Part shown: positions 47,877 to 62,295 of the stretch, in pieces | How the letters are laid out: every line of letters starts with the position of its first letter | Position numbering within the stretch: position 1 is the first letter of the stretch | Source: Enoplolaimus lenunculus | Taxonomy: Eukaryota | NCBI GenBank assembly: GCA_030248215.1 | Contig: JASANG010000864.1 | Coordinates: 434,001 to 498,000 of the forward strand | Direction of reading: 5' to 3' | DNA length: 64,000 nucleotides | Made by a program: the position numbers and the translations under genes | Notes under the pieces: generated by a model | Seen by the model: only the letters and a program-made list of their open reading frames with translations | The model's database searches: none | Told to the model about the DNA's origin: nothing

Positions 47877-48949
47877 GAGATTATTTTTTGAGGCGGTCAT
47901 TTTTTCATGCGAACCCGGAAAAACCAACGGATTTCTTAGATATATCCGAATAGCCATGCATAGAATAGGTCCCTAAAATAGGCATAGGAATGAGAGACCA
48001 TCGCTTAGGCTTTGGTTTAGATCCCTACAGTACCCCATAAGAAGCTAGCACCGGGTAAGAATCGTCAAAAATATTGTGAAAGACCAACTCACAAACCAGG
48101 CAATAACGCATCCATCTCGCCGATTTCAGTGGTGTCTTAGGTTCAGTTGTAAAGCGTTAAAATTTGACAGTACCAGAAACAACCGTAAAACATTAAAATT
48201 TGGCAGTACCAGAAACAACATATTTAGGCTCAGGTTTAACTTTCACGGATGACTGAAACTTTGAGAGTCAACATTCTTCATTGTCAGCAAAATGCAAATA
48301 AGCTTCCACTCGCCTCAAAAGTAAACGCTGCTACAACCTGCTTATTAACATATTAATCGACAAATTAGCTATATAATATTTTAGCGTAAAAACTGTCACA
48401 TCAGCTTAATTTTAACGCACTATAAACTCCTCCTATTTCAACGTTAGTTTTAGGTTTCGATGACACTCGCAACGGTCCCAAAGGTGGGTTTTAGCTTGAA
48501 ATCCAACCAAGATAACTCAAATTTGAAATGAGCAACAAAATTGTCTTGTCACCGTTCAATCGGTAAACTAATTATTGGGTCTCGTTTCAACTCGACGGGT
48601 ATGTCAAATGATTTCAACTCGACGGATATGTCAAAGTAGTGGTCTTGTTTTTAGTTTGAGCATTTTTCGTGAAAATGAGTTAGAAAATGTTTATTAAACG
48701 GTACGATAATGTGGTTATTTATTTATTTATTTGGCCTTTTCATATTTTTTCTCGAAATCAAGCAAACACCAATAGTGTATATGAGATGAAGTTATACGGC
48801 GATTTTTCATCTTAAGTTATATTTTGTTTATAAATATTTTTTTACTACAAACGACGGTTAACTTTTTCTATGGAGTTGTTTTGATGACACATTTTTAACT
48901 CAATGTAGACAGGACGATTAAAGATACTAACTGAATATTTTTTCATTAA

Positions 48950-49215
48950 CCCTTTATCACATGAATATTTTCAATTTCAAATGAGACGTACTTTCAAGCT
49001 AAGATTCGAACCCCAATCTCACAGGTGGGGGCTGTTAACGACGACCGCTGAGCTACAGAAATTTCACGCTCAAGCTCAAGGGTGCTCTTACGTCTTGTCG
49101 AGATTTTGCACAGCTCATATATGTTGAATTGCTAAACACTGCTCACAGTGTCTGCATTGCTCGTATATTATTGTATTTAGTTGCTCATAGTATATATACT
49201 CTATAAGTGAGAGGG
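48950..49215 (+). mobile_element. Family F piggyBac-like MITE (TTAA TSD) with internal tRNA-derived segment
   Basis: TTAA|CCCTTTATCAC...GTGAGAGGG|TTAA. Confidence 0.85.
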
Positions 49216-51556
49216 TTAATTCAAATTATTCAAATCAACGTTGAAATTCATTGTGGGTCTTTCAAACTCGAACATATCGAAGCATTGGTATCATTTTATT
49301 TATTTTGAATTTTTTCTTGCTTAAAGTTTGCAAAAAACAAGCATAAAAAAGTTGATCAATGGCTTTTTACTTATTTTTGGTTTAAGCAAAATATGACAAT
49401 AATATACTGGCGATAACGTTTTTATGCAATATCCGTCAGTTGATGAGGAGATTTTGCAGACAAAAGTATGCCATATTGCTTTATTTGCCACAGACTCAAC
49501 CATCTTTGGCGGTCTTTAGACAACGACGTTGCTGTAACGCAACACTTGTTTTATTTTTATCATCAGTTCATTTTTATACCTGGCTAAAATTCGGCACTTT
49601 TGTAATTTACATATTCGTTGCCTTGTATCAAAATTCAAAGCATGTAAATGATGAAAAACGCTGCTCAAATTACGTATGTGGGGTGTTCCAGCTTTAATAA
49701 TATAGATTTAGCAACAGTGTCAGTTAAATTGCCAAGATTATTGTGAACGCTGCATTAACGGACACAGATCGTTCAGTTTTCAGAAACCTACATAGACACT
49801 GAACTTGGCAAATATAGAACTAAAACAGAGGTTCTAAAAGTTCACAACGATTACTTTGACAACAATAAAGAATAGAAGACTAATGAAGTATAGATTTTTA
49901 TTTGAGTTCCAAATATTGTGTTTAGTTGGCTTGGCTTAGCGACCGCCTAGTAACACCTTTGCCGTTTTGTGATTTGTTGAAACTTTTGCAACGGAACAGC
50001 ATAGAGTTGCCCAGAATTTAGGCGGAATTTCTCCACAACAATCAATTCCTGTTCGTGTTCCTGCATTCAAAGATGTAGAAACTGGAATTTTTAAGGTTTT
50101 GTGGCAAATTATTGATAACTTGATGATGAAATAGCAGAAAATTCGCTTAAGCCATGGTTGTCAAGGTTTCGAAAACTCTAACAGCGATTCGGTGATGAAA
50201 ATTATATAAATTCCGGTTCCTGTTCCAGTTCCTGCAAAGAAATTCAATTCCTGTCCTGTTCCGTTTCCGACAAAATTTAGTACCTGTTGAAACCATGGTA
50301 GATATAGGTATTATAGTTTAAATGCAAATTTTTGACTGAATTTTTTCCAGAGCCGAAGCGGCATCACGAGATGCATTAGCATGAAATATGCTAAACTTTT
50401 CCTGAGCATCCTGAGAATCTATCCAGCGTGCCATCCAAATAGTTGAAAGGATTAATTTTTCTATTTGATCTATTCCGGAAGCGCTATACTTTGCGACTAT
50501 TTTAATGCCGTCTTAAAACGTCGTAAGACACCGTTCTGCGTCGTCCGGCACTGTAAGGCAGCACACTGTCAACCGGCGGGCGAATGGCGTCGTACGCAGG
50601 AGTTGTACTAGTGCTGCGTGACAAATCTAAAGTTTTAGCCATTTTTCGCTTGAAAATGCGTCTAGTCTGAACCTTTTCAAGCGAAAAATAGCTAAAACTT
50701 TACCGATTTGAACGAATCATTTTTTCTTTCCAGCTATCGAGAAATTATTCATTTCAATCCGCTGTTTTAAGTGGTTACATTTAATCAAAATTAATTAAAA
50801 AAAAAATACCATTTCATGTCGTATTTTGATTTCGGCAAACTTTCGCTTAAAAATAAAATTTTGCCACAATTTCTCGACAAAATTAATATTACAACTGTAG
50901 CCACTGTCTGCAAAGCTACGAGAGTTGTGGTTAATCTTGAGCGTGTACAGGGTTTCGGTTTCAAACGCTTTTAGTTTTATTATGAAATACAAGATGAAGA
51001 GTTGATATTCTTTTAATTTTATAGACTTGTTACCAAAAGCTTAGCACAAAATATGTTATTTTGCAATTACTATTGGGATTTTGCCCGCTGTATCGTCTAC
51101 TTTTGGTTTAGATTTGAGTTTGAAACCGTTAGATTGTCGAGCTGTAACCGATATTAATTTAAAACTTACGCTTAAATTATGACTAAAGCGAACGGTTTGA
51201 AACCTGATACCGGGCACGTTTAGTGGTAATCGGGTTCACTTTATTGGGTAATAATTTTTGCCAGAGTGCGATTACATGCAACTAAATACCGAATAGTCAT
51301 ATTTGAAAATTAAGCTGAGGAAAAAACTAATTTGTTAGCTTTAATTTTCGGGTGCTTTCTACAATATTGCAAGTTGGGTTTTTTTTCAATTTGCGTTGAT
51401 CCCAACAACCGCTAAGGCCAGATCATCACGGCGGCTTTGAAGCTGCGTTTCAAGTGACTCAAAATAATTTGATTGGAGGTTAAAATTCAAATCGTACGAC
51501 AAATTTTGTAACTTCAAAAAATTTCTCTAAAATCTCAATTTTGTATATATACATAT

Positions 51557-51684
51557 CAGGGTTCAACCGGAATTCCTGTTCCGGCCGGTTTGTGGGATAT
51601 TATTTATAATCATTTAAATATTGGAAACTAATTCGGTGATGAAAATTGTTTCAAATTCCGGTTCCTCTTCCAGCTGCAACCCTG
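51557..51684. mobile_element. hAT-like element (CAGGGTT...CAACCCTG) in a TA microsatellite; relatives at ~900-1098, ~50000-50298, ~60968-61040
   Basis: TIRs; flanks ATACATAT/ATATATAT; shared TTCCGGTTCCTGTTCC motifs. Confidence 0.6.
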
Positions 51685-53699
51685 ATATATATATACATAT
51701 ATATATATGTATATATATGTATATGTATGTATATATATGTATATATATATTAATCGACTCCATCAATTTTGAGAAAGTTACTGATCAAAAGTAAAAATCT
51801 CTTAGGCTAAAGGTTACTTTGCTGCTGGCTTCATATATAAATGGTGTTCATATTTTGATAATTATACCTTTTAAACTTCTGCCAAAAAGTGTTTTACACC
51901 GTTGCAACAGCGTCATGCGCTTTAGTATTGAAGTCAAATATAGAAAACTGAGGTTCTGCTTTTTCAAAAGTAACTACCCTGACAACTATTATATGTGGTT
52001 TCGGGTCTTTTCCGGTCTGTACCATAGGCTGTTGCCCCTGAGCTACTACTTTGCAACCGCGTGATGACAGTAATTTAAACCATTTTAATGCATTATTGAC
52101 AGCAAAGGGTGCGCGCTTAGATTGTACCAAAGATTTTCAACTGTGTAATTTCTAAGCAGCGAAATTTGGTTTTTTTACATTTACGACAAGTTAGGTTGAG
52201 TTCAACCACAGTTAATCTATAATTTGTGACGGTTTAAATGTTTCGAGGGTGGGGGCAATTATAACAGTTACAGCCCGCCCCCTGTATACGAACCCAGGTA
52301 GCAAAAATAACAGCTTATGTGCCGCTAAGAAGTTAATCATGTCATACTTTTTGTTCCAATGCCTATATTCGAAGAGTTTTAGTCGGCGAAGAACCAAACC
52401 ATTTAAGCTGTAATATTAGGTTTAACCTTCAAGTTATAAATCTTATGAAATTTTAGGCAGCAAATTTAAGTTATTTTAAAGTAGTATATGGTTGAACCGG
52501 TAGCGTTTGAGCTGTGCGCTGAAAAGTATTGCTCTCTGTTCGGCCACGCAGGTACTATAATTAGTTACCGTCTTTGTTGCTCGAATAGTTTTGTTGAAAC
52601 CATTTTGCTAGCTCGACTTTTAGGGTATGTTTTTAAATTACGGTCAGCTTTAAGATCGTTTAGTATTAACTAAATATGGTGGGATTTTAGCATAGTTATA
52701 TCATGACTTGGTGTGTGTATATACGTTTGAGGAATGTTACGAAATCATCCTGCTAGAAAGACTAAAGGGTGTTCAATAATTGGCATGAAAAGATTTGAGA
52801 TGTCTTACAAGCAAGGACGAAAATATTCTAGAAGGGAACAAAATTCTTCCAGGCAGTACTGAGTCTCACTCTGGTTACGGGCCCGGCGCTTTATATGGAA
52901 GAAAATAAGTTTGTTTCTTTTTGCAAGCATACCTTCAACATTTTAAGTAATATAAAACAAAATTTTGATGAATGGTGTAAATTAAATTTTTAAAATTAGA
53001 ATGAAAATTTTGATTTCAAATACTACGCTGACTGGAGCTGCAAAAGTGTTGCTTTAGATGCAGGAATTAAAAGAACTAAACTTTAATTTGAAATCGGACT
53101 CGCAATTTAGCAACTGAGACTTTGATTAATGCCGTCTTTAGCGAACGGCCCATATCTTCAAATGTGTGTAGCGCCTATTGCCAGTTAGTGATAAATCTTA
53201 GAGGTTTCGAACCCGTGGACGGGGAGACATTCGAAATTCAGCACATTTTTCGCACATTTTTCGCATTTGAATTCTCGTTCTTGTGTGCCAAGTTGGAATT
53301 ATTCCGCAAAGTGCACTCCAGTTCGTCAAATTCAAAACCTATTGTTAACTGATGATAGGTGCTATACACATTTGAGAATAGACGCACAAGCTTCAATAAT
53401 AGTGATCATACAACTATACTACAACCCAGCTGGCGTCCCTGGGTGGTCCCCGCCAAATTTGCCGTTTTAAAACTCGAAACTAATAAACTTGAAACACTTT
53501 TAATCAACTTTTATCGCCCTTAAACAAACGCGCATGCTTGGGCACACCTAGCTAATATTTTGGCGCCACTTTTGTGCGCCAATTTGCCGCCAAAATGTGC
53601 CAAAACTCACTATAGTTGTTTGCCGTTTTTTTACCAAAAACTTAAACCGAACCCGGTTTGATTAATGTTTTACAGTGGTAAAATAATATTTGTTTCTAA

Positions 53700-54082
53700 G
53701 AGTTGCGCTATACTTGCCGGACGGCGCCGTACGCCGCCGGCTGCCACCGGACGCCGCCGGATGCCACCGGACGCCGCCGGATGCCACCGGACGCCGCCGG
53801 ATGCCACCGGACGCCGCCGGATGCCACCGGACGCCGCCGGATGCCACCGGACGCCGCCGGATGCCACCGGACGCCGCCGGATGCCACCGGACGCCGCCGG
53901 ATGCCACCGGACGCCGCCGGATGCCACCGGACGCCGCCTGGCGCCGTGCACGCGGCACCATAAAATTTGGTTGTTAATTGCCTCCCGCGATTAAATAGAT
54001 TTTGCCTTTGTTTTGTTAGCAACGTATAGTGGCGCACGGCGGCGTACGGCGACGTCAAGTACAGCAAAGAATAGCGCAACCC
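53700..54082. mobile_element. Family G MITE carrying a GC-rich minisatellite
   Basis: TAA|GAGTTGCGCTATAC...ATAGCGCAACCC. Confidence 0.7.
53731..53940. repeat. 20-bp GC-rich tandem repeat (ACGCCGCCGGATGCCACCGG) x ~10.5
   Basis: Direct reading; dimer of two related 10-mers. Confidence 0.97.
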
Positions 54083-56532
54083 ATACTTTTCCAGTGTCCT
54101 ATTGCGGTGTCTTAACACCATTTTATTCGTGTTATTAACCAAATCTGCTAAAAATTGCACCCAAAATTGCTAAAAGACACGATTTAGACACAGAAACCAA
54201 TGAATATTTAGGATTAAGTTGTTTGCTAAAAATAAACACTTTTGCGTTTCAAACAGCATCTTTCAAACGGAGTTTAAATGAAGAAACTCTTAAATTAATC
54301 ATTAGTGCAGAAAAATGCAGTGTTGGCAGGTAAACGCTTTTTAGTGTTTGTCAAACGGTCATTTTAAAGCCAACAAGCCAGTATCCAGTTCACAATTGCT
54401 AGGAGGCTAAACATTTTTTCATGAGAAGTATATATACAAGGGTTTTCGATGACTTACAAGCAATGTTGAAAATTATCTACGAAGGGCAAGATTCGTCAAG
54501 AGCGCCAAGCCCTCTCTAGCTATGGGCCCGAATATCAATACTATAAACGTTTGAGTGCAAAACGCGAAAAGCACTTTGTATTTTACCCTGAATTGTTTTA
54601 TTTTTTACATATTTATCAATGCTTAATAATTATAGCACATAAACAACAATTATATAGCCAGCAACATATATTGTTTGAACAAAGTCACATTAATCAACAA
54701 ACTTGTAAGCCAGCTAAACCTAAGCTTAAGCCTAAACGCATCGAGATAGGGAACTGTACAGAAGCCAGAAACCCGTGAAAATTCTTGCTTGCGTAGTTAC
54801 AAAAACTGGTATCGTTACTCAAATGCACGATTGAATCAATCGGCTCTACTTAACCAGGGCACAAGCAGGCACCTTAAGTACCGGAATCATCTATTATATA
54901 AAGTCCGGCAGGTTTATAATTTGGCTCTAACGGCAAAACGCGGCAGTATTGCAACTTTTAAAATGTCAACACAAGTAAAAACCAAAAGCCCAAAACGCAC
55001 GTTTTTACCTTTTATACAGCTTTTTAAGTAATTAACAAGAGACTTTATGTGCAACCAGCATATAGAATGGCTTGAGTTTTCTTTTAAAGTTTACTAATTA
55101 AATATATATATGTATATATATACATATATATATTAACTTAGAGATGCATGGGGCTTTTATAAAGGTGAATGAGGTTTGTTCTATAAAAATTAATACCCAA
55201 TTCTAAATAAGTTTTCACAGGATATATACGTACAAAATGAATTCTAGATCACAAGTAGTGTTATATAATCTTTCGCTATTTTTGCCTATTAAAAAAGACA
55301 TGGGTTAAAACAATAGATCACATTCAGTCAGCGGCTTCGTGAAAAATCACAAACCACCATGATTCTTCAGTCTGTGCGCCTGTATCAAAACTTTGTTTAT
55401 ATTTCGAATTACGTCAGAAAACAACGCACATCATTCTGTAAGTTAAGCAGTACCATAGAATGCCCTTCAAGAAAATTTTACAGCGGATGCAACTTGAAGT
55501 GTTAGATACAAGTTTTGCGGAGGCGCTGGTAAGCGGGGTGGTTGGATCTGCTTCAGTGATTGTTTAGCAAAATCGTCATTTAGCTGCACCCGTAGCCAAA
55601 AGGGGGTTAAGGGGGTTCAACCCCCCTGAAAAACTTTTGGCCACCCCTTGAAAATTTTCAACCTTGCTTGTAAGCCATTTAAAACGCTTCATCCTGAAAA
55701 ATTTTTAGCCCCCCACCAAGATGAGCTGGCTACGGGCCGGCCTGCGTTTACCTCGCATTTGATTGGTGTTAAAGTTTTCAACTTTCAGCTAAAAGTTTGA
55801 CTCAAGTTCCAACTAAAGACGGTTACTGTAGTTGAAGTTTGCGCTAGAAACTTTCTGTTCTATCCGTTTTGTCTTTTAGAGTCGGTATACTAAAAGCTGT
55901 AGGTCCTTGGAAATATATATTATAAGGAACATATCAACAACATCTGTTATAGAAATATATAACTTTATTCTGTTTTTACGTCGAACCAGGGGCGTACACT
56001 TGATAGTTTACTAAAGGAATGTATAGGGGGTGTCCAGAGAATTTCTTTAATTATGAGCTCTTGTACACTTCACCTTACAAGCTTAAGTTTAGGCTCAGGA
56101 TTTGCTTTCGCAAATGGCTTCTCAGCCCTACGCCTATGCCTAAACTTTTTCGAAACCAAAGCTTGAGCGTAAGCCTAAGCCAAAGTCTTCATTTTGAATT
56201 TAGGGGTCAAGTGTACAAGAGGCGAAATTTGAATCTGGTTCACAGTTTAACGGTTTCTCGTTTCACCATTGTTTCATGGTATGAGTAGTGAAAACATAAC
56301 TATGATATTTTAGTCCTTAGTTTCGGTCGGCACACGAATGAACCTAAACCATAGACTTCGCCGATAAAATTAAATCGGTTAACTTCAAAACAACACTTAA
56401 TTACTCGGTATAAACGAATAGTTTATTTTTAAGCACAAAATCGCTCACAACGCACTGTAATTAAGTTTTGAAACCTTAAGAAATGCAAAAAATCCAAGTT
56501 TGTTGTATGGTATATTAATAGGGGAATTTAAA

Positions 56533-56537
<5 letters not shown>

Positions 56538-56607
<70 letters not shown>
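56538..56607. repeat. (TA)n microsatellite
   Basis: Direct reading. Confidence 0.97.
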
Positions 56608-56609
<2 letters not shown>

Positions 56610-57939
56610 GGCCCAATGGTTGGCATTTTTCCTCAAAAATATGTAAATATATAGTTTTGACAAAAACGATAATTATGAGTAGGGTCTTTTTTTAAATTAC
56701 AACCAATTTTTGAAATTCGGCACTGTCTTTTGAAACAACATTTATATATTGAATAGTTCCAGGTATGTCTTAAAAATCACAACGCTTGCACGATATAAGT
56801 ATTTTTACACCGAAAATACAGCTTGCAGTAGAATATTTTAGCTAAATTAGTTGAAATATAGCGCGTTTTGTAAATAAGCGCAACAAGAGAAATAGAATTT
56901 CATGATTGACGCAACTTTTTCTATTTTAATTATTAGGTTAAGCTTATAAGTTTTCACTTGCTTGTGTGGTATTGCTTTTGTAACTTTGTGCTTCAAAAGT
57001 AAAATTTAAACTTTCACGTCGCGGTAAATAATTATTAAGCATTAATTGCAGATCTATACATTATCAAAGCTGACGCTAGCCATGCAATCAACTTCCGTCT
57101 ACAAATATACCGTGTGTTTTAAGTTGGTTTAGCACCAAACGATAAGCGCTAACTTGAAAGCTTTATTTTTCAAATTCGCCCCCCCCCCCTAAAGTTCTCT
57201 GGGGTTTTGTGGTTGTTTATGACCCTGAATTTAAATAATTCGAAACCAACTCAGGGCAATTTGAACTGTTTGGAAAAGTAAACATTGAAGCCAAAAAATA
57301 TTGTTTGTTTGAGTTTTGAAACAATTATATGTTTATTTTTAAAGTTGATTGGTCAAATTTCATTTTAGTCTCCAGACGTAATTGGCTGTAATATCAATCT
57401 AGTAAAGAAAGTTAATCACCGCATTCAAAGCAGCACAGGCCGCTGGTATATAAATTTCAACAGGGGTGAACGCAAGAGGTGCGGATTTGGAGGCATATAT
57501 CCTGATCCGGAAATTTGTGTAAAAATGAAAAGTTTACCATTGCAAAATTGTGCAATTTTCTCACTTAAATTACACTCGCTCGCGTGAAGCATTTACGTGA
57601 GATTAAACTTAACCAATGGAAATCCTGGTTATGTCCCGGAGAGTAGTGATTGGTTGTTTTCTTAAAAATTACCATTTGGTTTGGTGACAAAGACCAATAA
57701 TATTAAGGTCTTGGGTTTACAATTCTATAAAATGCTACGTTAGCTTTGTTTGGTTCGGCCAAAAGAGTTGAAGTGAACCTCAAAACTGCCGACTGCCAAC
57801 CGGCACAGATTGAAACGGATACAAAATTAATTGCCGTTTTTTTTTAATTTCAAAATTTAATAATTGTTTCGACAAATCAGGGAAAGAGACGGTTTTTTTG
57901 TGAACCGGAAACCTGGAAAACTGAAAACCAACATACTTA

Positions 57940-58121
57940 GGGTTGCGGTATACTTTACTGCACCGGTGCTAACAAAAATATAGGTAAAAGCTGTTTGGTG
58001 GCGTGCGTTGGGTGAGCGTCAGCATACGGCGGTGAACGGCGTCGTATGGCAGTTTTCAATAATTTGCTGTACGCCGACGTGGGGCTACGGCCGGCAGCGT
58101 GCGGTGAGTATAGCGCAACCC
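57940..58121. mobile_element. Family G PIF/Harbinger (Tourist)-like MITE
   Basis: TTA|GGGTTGCGGTATACT...AGTATAGCGCAACCC|TTA. Confidence 0.8.
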
Positions 58122-59370
58122 TTAAAGTTTTTGTGAGATCAACAGGGCCGGAGCAGCCAGCACCCATTCCCCCCTTTGGGGCCCCCACCCGTAAAGGGCC
58201 CCCCACACTAACCGGTTGAAACAAAAACAGCGTATGTTTTAAAATGCGTCAAGCCTCGCTTCGTTCGCCAGTTTGGGGGCCACACCCCGTACCTGCTCCG
58301 ACACTGAAGATCAAATATTTAGGATTGATGAGAATTGAGAAATTCTATTCTAGGGTGTGTTTGTATTAGTAGAGGTTCAGAATACAAGAGATATTTGGGG
58401 TTGGAGTAAGTAGAAAATTTCAAATCGGCCAACAGAGCGTACCACAGCATGAAAACTGCCTTGACAACTTTTTGTAGTTCCTGCCAACATTGACGTTGGT
58501 ATAACTTGTCTTCAAAACAGTCTAATTAGCTATAGAGGAGCTAAGCTTAGACAGGTCTGTAGCCAATTTACCTCGCTAGGGGGTGCGGAGTTAAAAATTT
58601 TTCAAGAGGTGCATAAAAGTATTTGCAATGACTTGCAAGCAAGGTTGAAAATTGTCTTGGGGGGCAAAACTTTTCCAGGTGGCGCTGAGCCCCCGTAGCC
58701 CCTCACTGGCTACAGGCCCTTACTTGGGTGGTCCGGTGGATTCCGCAGTCAACTGCTATTTGTAATTGAATCGGAAACTAAATAATATATTAAGAAAGCA
58801 AAATTGAGTAAGAACGTTTTGAAATTTACGAACAATTTAGCTAATTGACCTTGTCTAAGACTAGACATTTTTGTTCTAAGTTCAAACGTATTTATTAAGT
58901 TTTCAATCGGTTAGATCGCGTAGCTTTCAATTGCCAAGACTTTGTTGTTGTGATCCGAACGAAGAATATTTTGTCGTTTGAAAGACAAAAACAATGAACA
59001 CCCTAATAATTGTGAACTATAATATTTTTGTCAAAAACTTGTCTTGTCGTCTAGAAATTGTGGTGACATTATGTGACACTTTTTGGTACGGCAAAATGGT
59101 GTTAAAAATAAATTCTACTTGCTAAAATGGCTATGTTTGACGAAGCAAGACGCAGCAAAGGCGTAAGCAGCTGATACTAAACCGTGAGGGCCGCAGCATC
59201 TGATGACCGTTACTGGTGCTTGATAACGGCGTAGGCTTAGTTTTCAAACTGTAGCGAAGCGAGCGGCAAACTAAAAGCAATTTTAATCATTTGTAACGGG
59301 TATGGAGACCTTTACTAGTTTTCATCAAATTTTCCATCATTTATATGTTTCGTAAAATTATCTGACACTT

Positions 59371-59592
59371 GGGCCCAAATTCTCAAATGCATATAGCAAC
59401 TATCATCAGTTAGTAATAGGTTTTCAAACTCACTAACTATTGCAGTTGTTGCATTTAAAATTGGTACAGAAGTAGAGCAAATCTTATGCGAAAAATGTGC
59501 ATAATTTTGGACCTCAGTATTCAATGGCTCGAAAGTTACAAGACCTATCACCAACTGGTGATAGGTACTACATACATGTAAGAATACGGGCC
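59371..59592 (+). mobile_element. Family H GGCC-ended MITE (TIR GGCCCGTATTCT(C/T)A(A/C)ATG)
   Basis: Body shared with ~15802-16022, ~53146-53384 (reverse) and partial ~14965-15140. Confidence 0.7.
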
Positions 59593-60163
59593 CAGAATAG
59601 CAGGAGGCACCATGTTCCACCTTGGACGGTGCCACTAAAACCTAGTGATTATTTTACGGGATAAAGGCTGTTGTGGCGTTGTTCATAGGTTCGCTATGCA
59701 GTATTGCTTGCAGATGCTGATTTAATATATTTGTGAAATAACCACAAGTTTAAATATTGGGTCAAATAAGTTAAGAATCGCTATTTTTTCCTACGTTTGA
59801 TTCAAAACTGTTAATTTTAACGCTACACAAAATATGCAATAATTTCTATACTTGGGTTTGGTTCGTTTTTAGACTTCAAAACCTGGCTCTTGCAAATTTT
59901 GCCCCGCAAGTTTAACAGTCTTAATGTTAAATTATGCCAAGTTGTGAAACGTTTCAGTGGTGAAAGATGATTTTTGTGTATTTAAATTTTACTGTTTTAA
60001 AACGCATTTTTACTAAGTTTTCCTAATTTTAAAATTGACCAATTATGTCGAATGTTCAAAAATTCAGACGTTGTGTTATTATTGAAGGCGTACCTTTCAC
60101 ACATTTTCGGCAATAAAAGACATTGCACGTTTCAAATGAACGATTTGCATTGATCTATACAAT

Positions 60164-60606
60164 GGCCCAGGTATAGAACGGGGCCGGATCGTTTTCCGGA
60201 GGTGCTATAATAGAGTCAGTTTAAGCTTTTGACTAATTTTTTTGCTTAGACGTAGGCTTCGGCTTAGGCTTAGGCTTAGGAATAGGCTCATCCATACGCT
60301 TACGCTTAGGCTTAGGCTTAGGCTTAGGCTTAGGAATAGGCTCATCCATAGGCTTAGACTTAGGCTTAGGCTTAGGCTTAAGAATAGGCTCATCCATACG
60401 CTTAGGCTTAGGCTTAGGCTTAGGCTTAGGAATAGGCTCATCCATAGGCTTAGGCTTAGGCTTAGGCTTAGGAATAGGCTCATCCATACGCTTAGGCTTA
60501 GGCTTAGGCTTAGGAATAGGCTCGTTCATACGCTTAGGCTTAGGCTTAGGCTGATGCTTAGGAATATGCTTATACTACTGTTCCGGCCCTGTTCTATACA
60601 TGAGCC
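60164..60606 (-). mobile_element. MITE family A with expanded (TTAGGC)n-AATAGGCTCATCCATA array
   Basis: TIRs; TSD TATACAAT/TGTACAAT; six spacer-separated TTAGGC blocks. Confidence 0.85.
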
Positions 60607-62012
60607 TGTACAATTGTATATTTACGGCAGTCTTCAACAACTCAAAATCGTGGCTAAGCCCATGGCGATATTGATTTCAACATATAACATAGAAATAATT
60701 GATAGGTTAATCCGTATAGGATAGGTTCCAAAAAACAAAACAAACCCTTCAAAATCCTATAATTATTAGTTATCAAGTTGTCTACAAGTATAGACGTAAC
60801 GAATGATAGAATTTAGCAGATATTAAAATGTCTATTATTCTGCTTATTCGAGTTATAATTGTATGATTGACGCTGGTACACATATGTATACTGCGTTAAG
60901 TTTAGGCTTAAGTTTAGGGTTAGGTTCCAAAACTTGTGAGTGGTAAGTGTACAAGAACGGTGTGAACCAGGTTGCGACTGGAATTGTTATTTACGGAACC
61001 GGAATTTGAAAAAATTACCGGAAACGGAACCGGAAACTGAAGAATACATATGTACCACCAAAAAATTCATTTTAATTTTTTGCAATATTATTGGTGAAAT
61101 AACCCTAGTTGGAAATAAGTATTCACTTTATCTGCTGTATTTTAGATATTCACCACCTACAGAAGCGCAATCTATCTTCGATGGTTTACTTTCGGCGATT
61201 GTCAAGGTTTATTACTAAATTTTTATCGTCATTCTTTAGTAAAATATCTTGATTTCCACTGACCAAAATTTAATGCCGAAATTTTTAATTCCGAAAAAAT
61301 AACCCCCAACCGGAGAGCAAAAAAATGCAGGAACCGGACTCCGGGCCCCCCCCTGTGAGAAAAAAAAAACAACACCCTTCGCAAGGCGCGGCTAGTTTTA
61401 AAAAAAATACAAATTCCGATTTGGATTCATACCACACTACAATCATGTTTATACCTACATATAATCGTACTGAAAAAATTCAAAACTATATATCGAATTC
61501 GATTTGCCTATTCAAATCTCTTGCAATTAACACGCTCATCGCAGGGGGGGGGCAGGTTGAGAAAAATTTGTGAAGGGTGGCGGCATCTCGGCCCCTGATA
61601 AGGACAGATTTTATGATAAAATGATAAAGTCCCTTGTTTGACTTAAACGCGACACAGCAACTATGCTTTTCAAGTAATTTCTCAAGTTTCATAAATACAA
61701 AAGTACATTAATGACTCAATGAACGCTAATGTATTTGAATATATTTCAAACTTAATTCATTATAATATTTAATAACAAAAGACTTTAAAAGGTGTCCTGT
61801 GGCAAGTTTTAGTTTGAAATTTTAGTTCACAGAACAAAAACATTTCCCACTTTGAAAGAATATCAAAATAAGCCAACGGGTTAATTCGGTTGAAGTAAAA
61901 GTTAACATTAATTAGTAACTGTTTCTTTGAAATCAGCGGCATACTAACGCGTACACAACAAGGGATAAGAAGATATATCCAACGAAAGAAAATATATCCA
62001 CCGAATTTTATG

Positions 62013-62295
62013 CACTGCAAAACATGGTGAGTCAAATTGACTCTCTCCGAAATAGGCTTTTCCTGACTACACAAACTGAGTCAAATTTCAACTCCGCCAG
62101 AGTCAAATTCAATTCGCCGAGCAATTGAGTTAGTCGAATTTGACTCTGGAGGAGTCGAATATGGACTCAGTTTGTGTAGTAAGGAAAAGCCTAAATTGAA
62201 TTTGACTCTGGCGGAGTTGAAATTTGACTCAGTTTGTGTAGTCAGGAAAAGCCTATTTTGGAGAGAGTCAATTTGATTCACCATTTTTTGCAGCG
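62013..62295. mobile_element. Family D palindromic MITE with partial duplication of one arm
   Basis: Same arms; segment GAATTTGACTCTGG...AAAAGCCTA is present twice. Confidence 0.8.

Noticed and set aside
53662..54160. Six overlapping ORFs of 86-150 aa
   Set aside because: Produced by a stop-free 20-bp GC-rich tandem repeat
60250..60560. Possible true telomere or de novo telomere-addition site
   Set aside because: Runs are short (3-5 hexamers), interrupted by spacers and enclosed by TIRs with a TSD
60205..60724. ORFs rich in LSLSLS / PKPKPK / LRLRLR (also at 15237, 31120, 36744, 62711-63383, 63723)
   Set aside because: Translations of TTAGGC/GCCTAA hexamer arrays, mostly inside MITEs; stop-free by composition only
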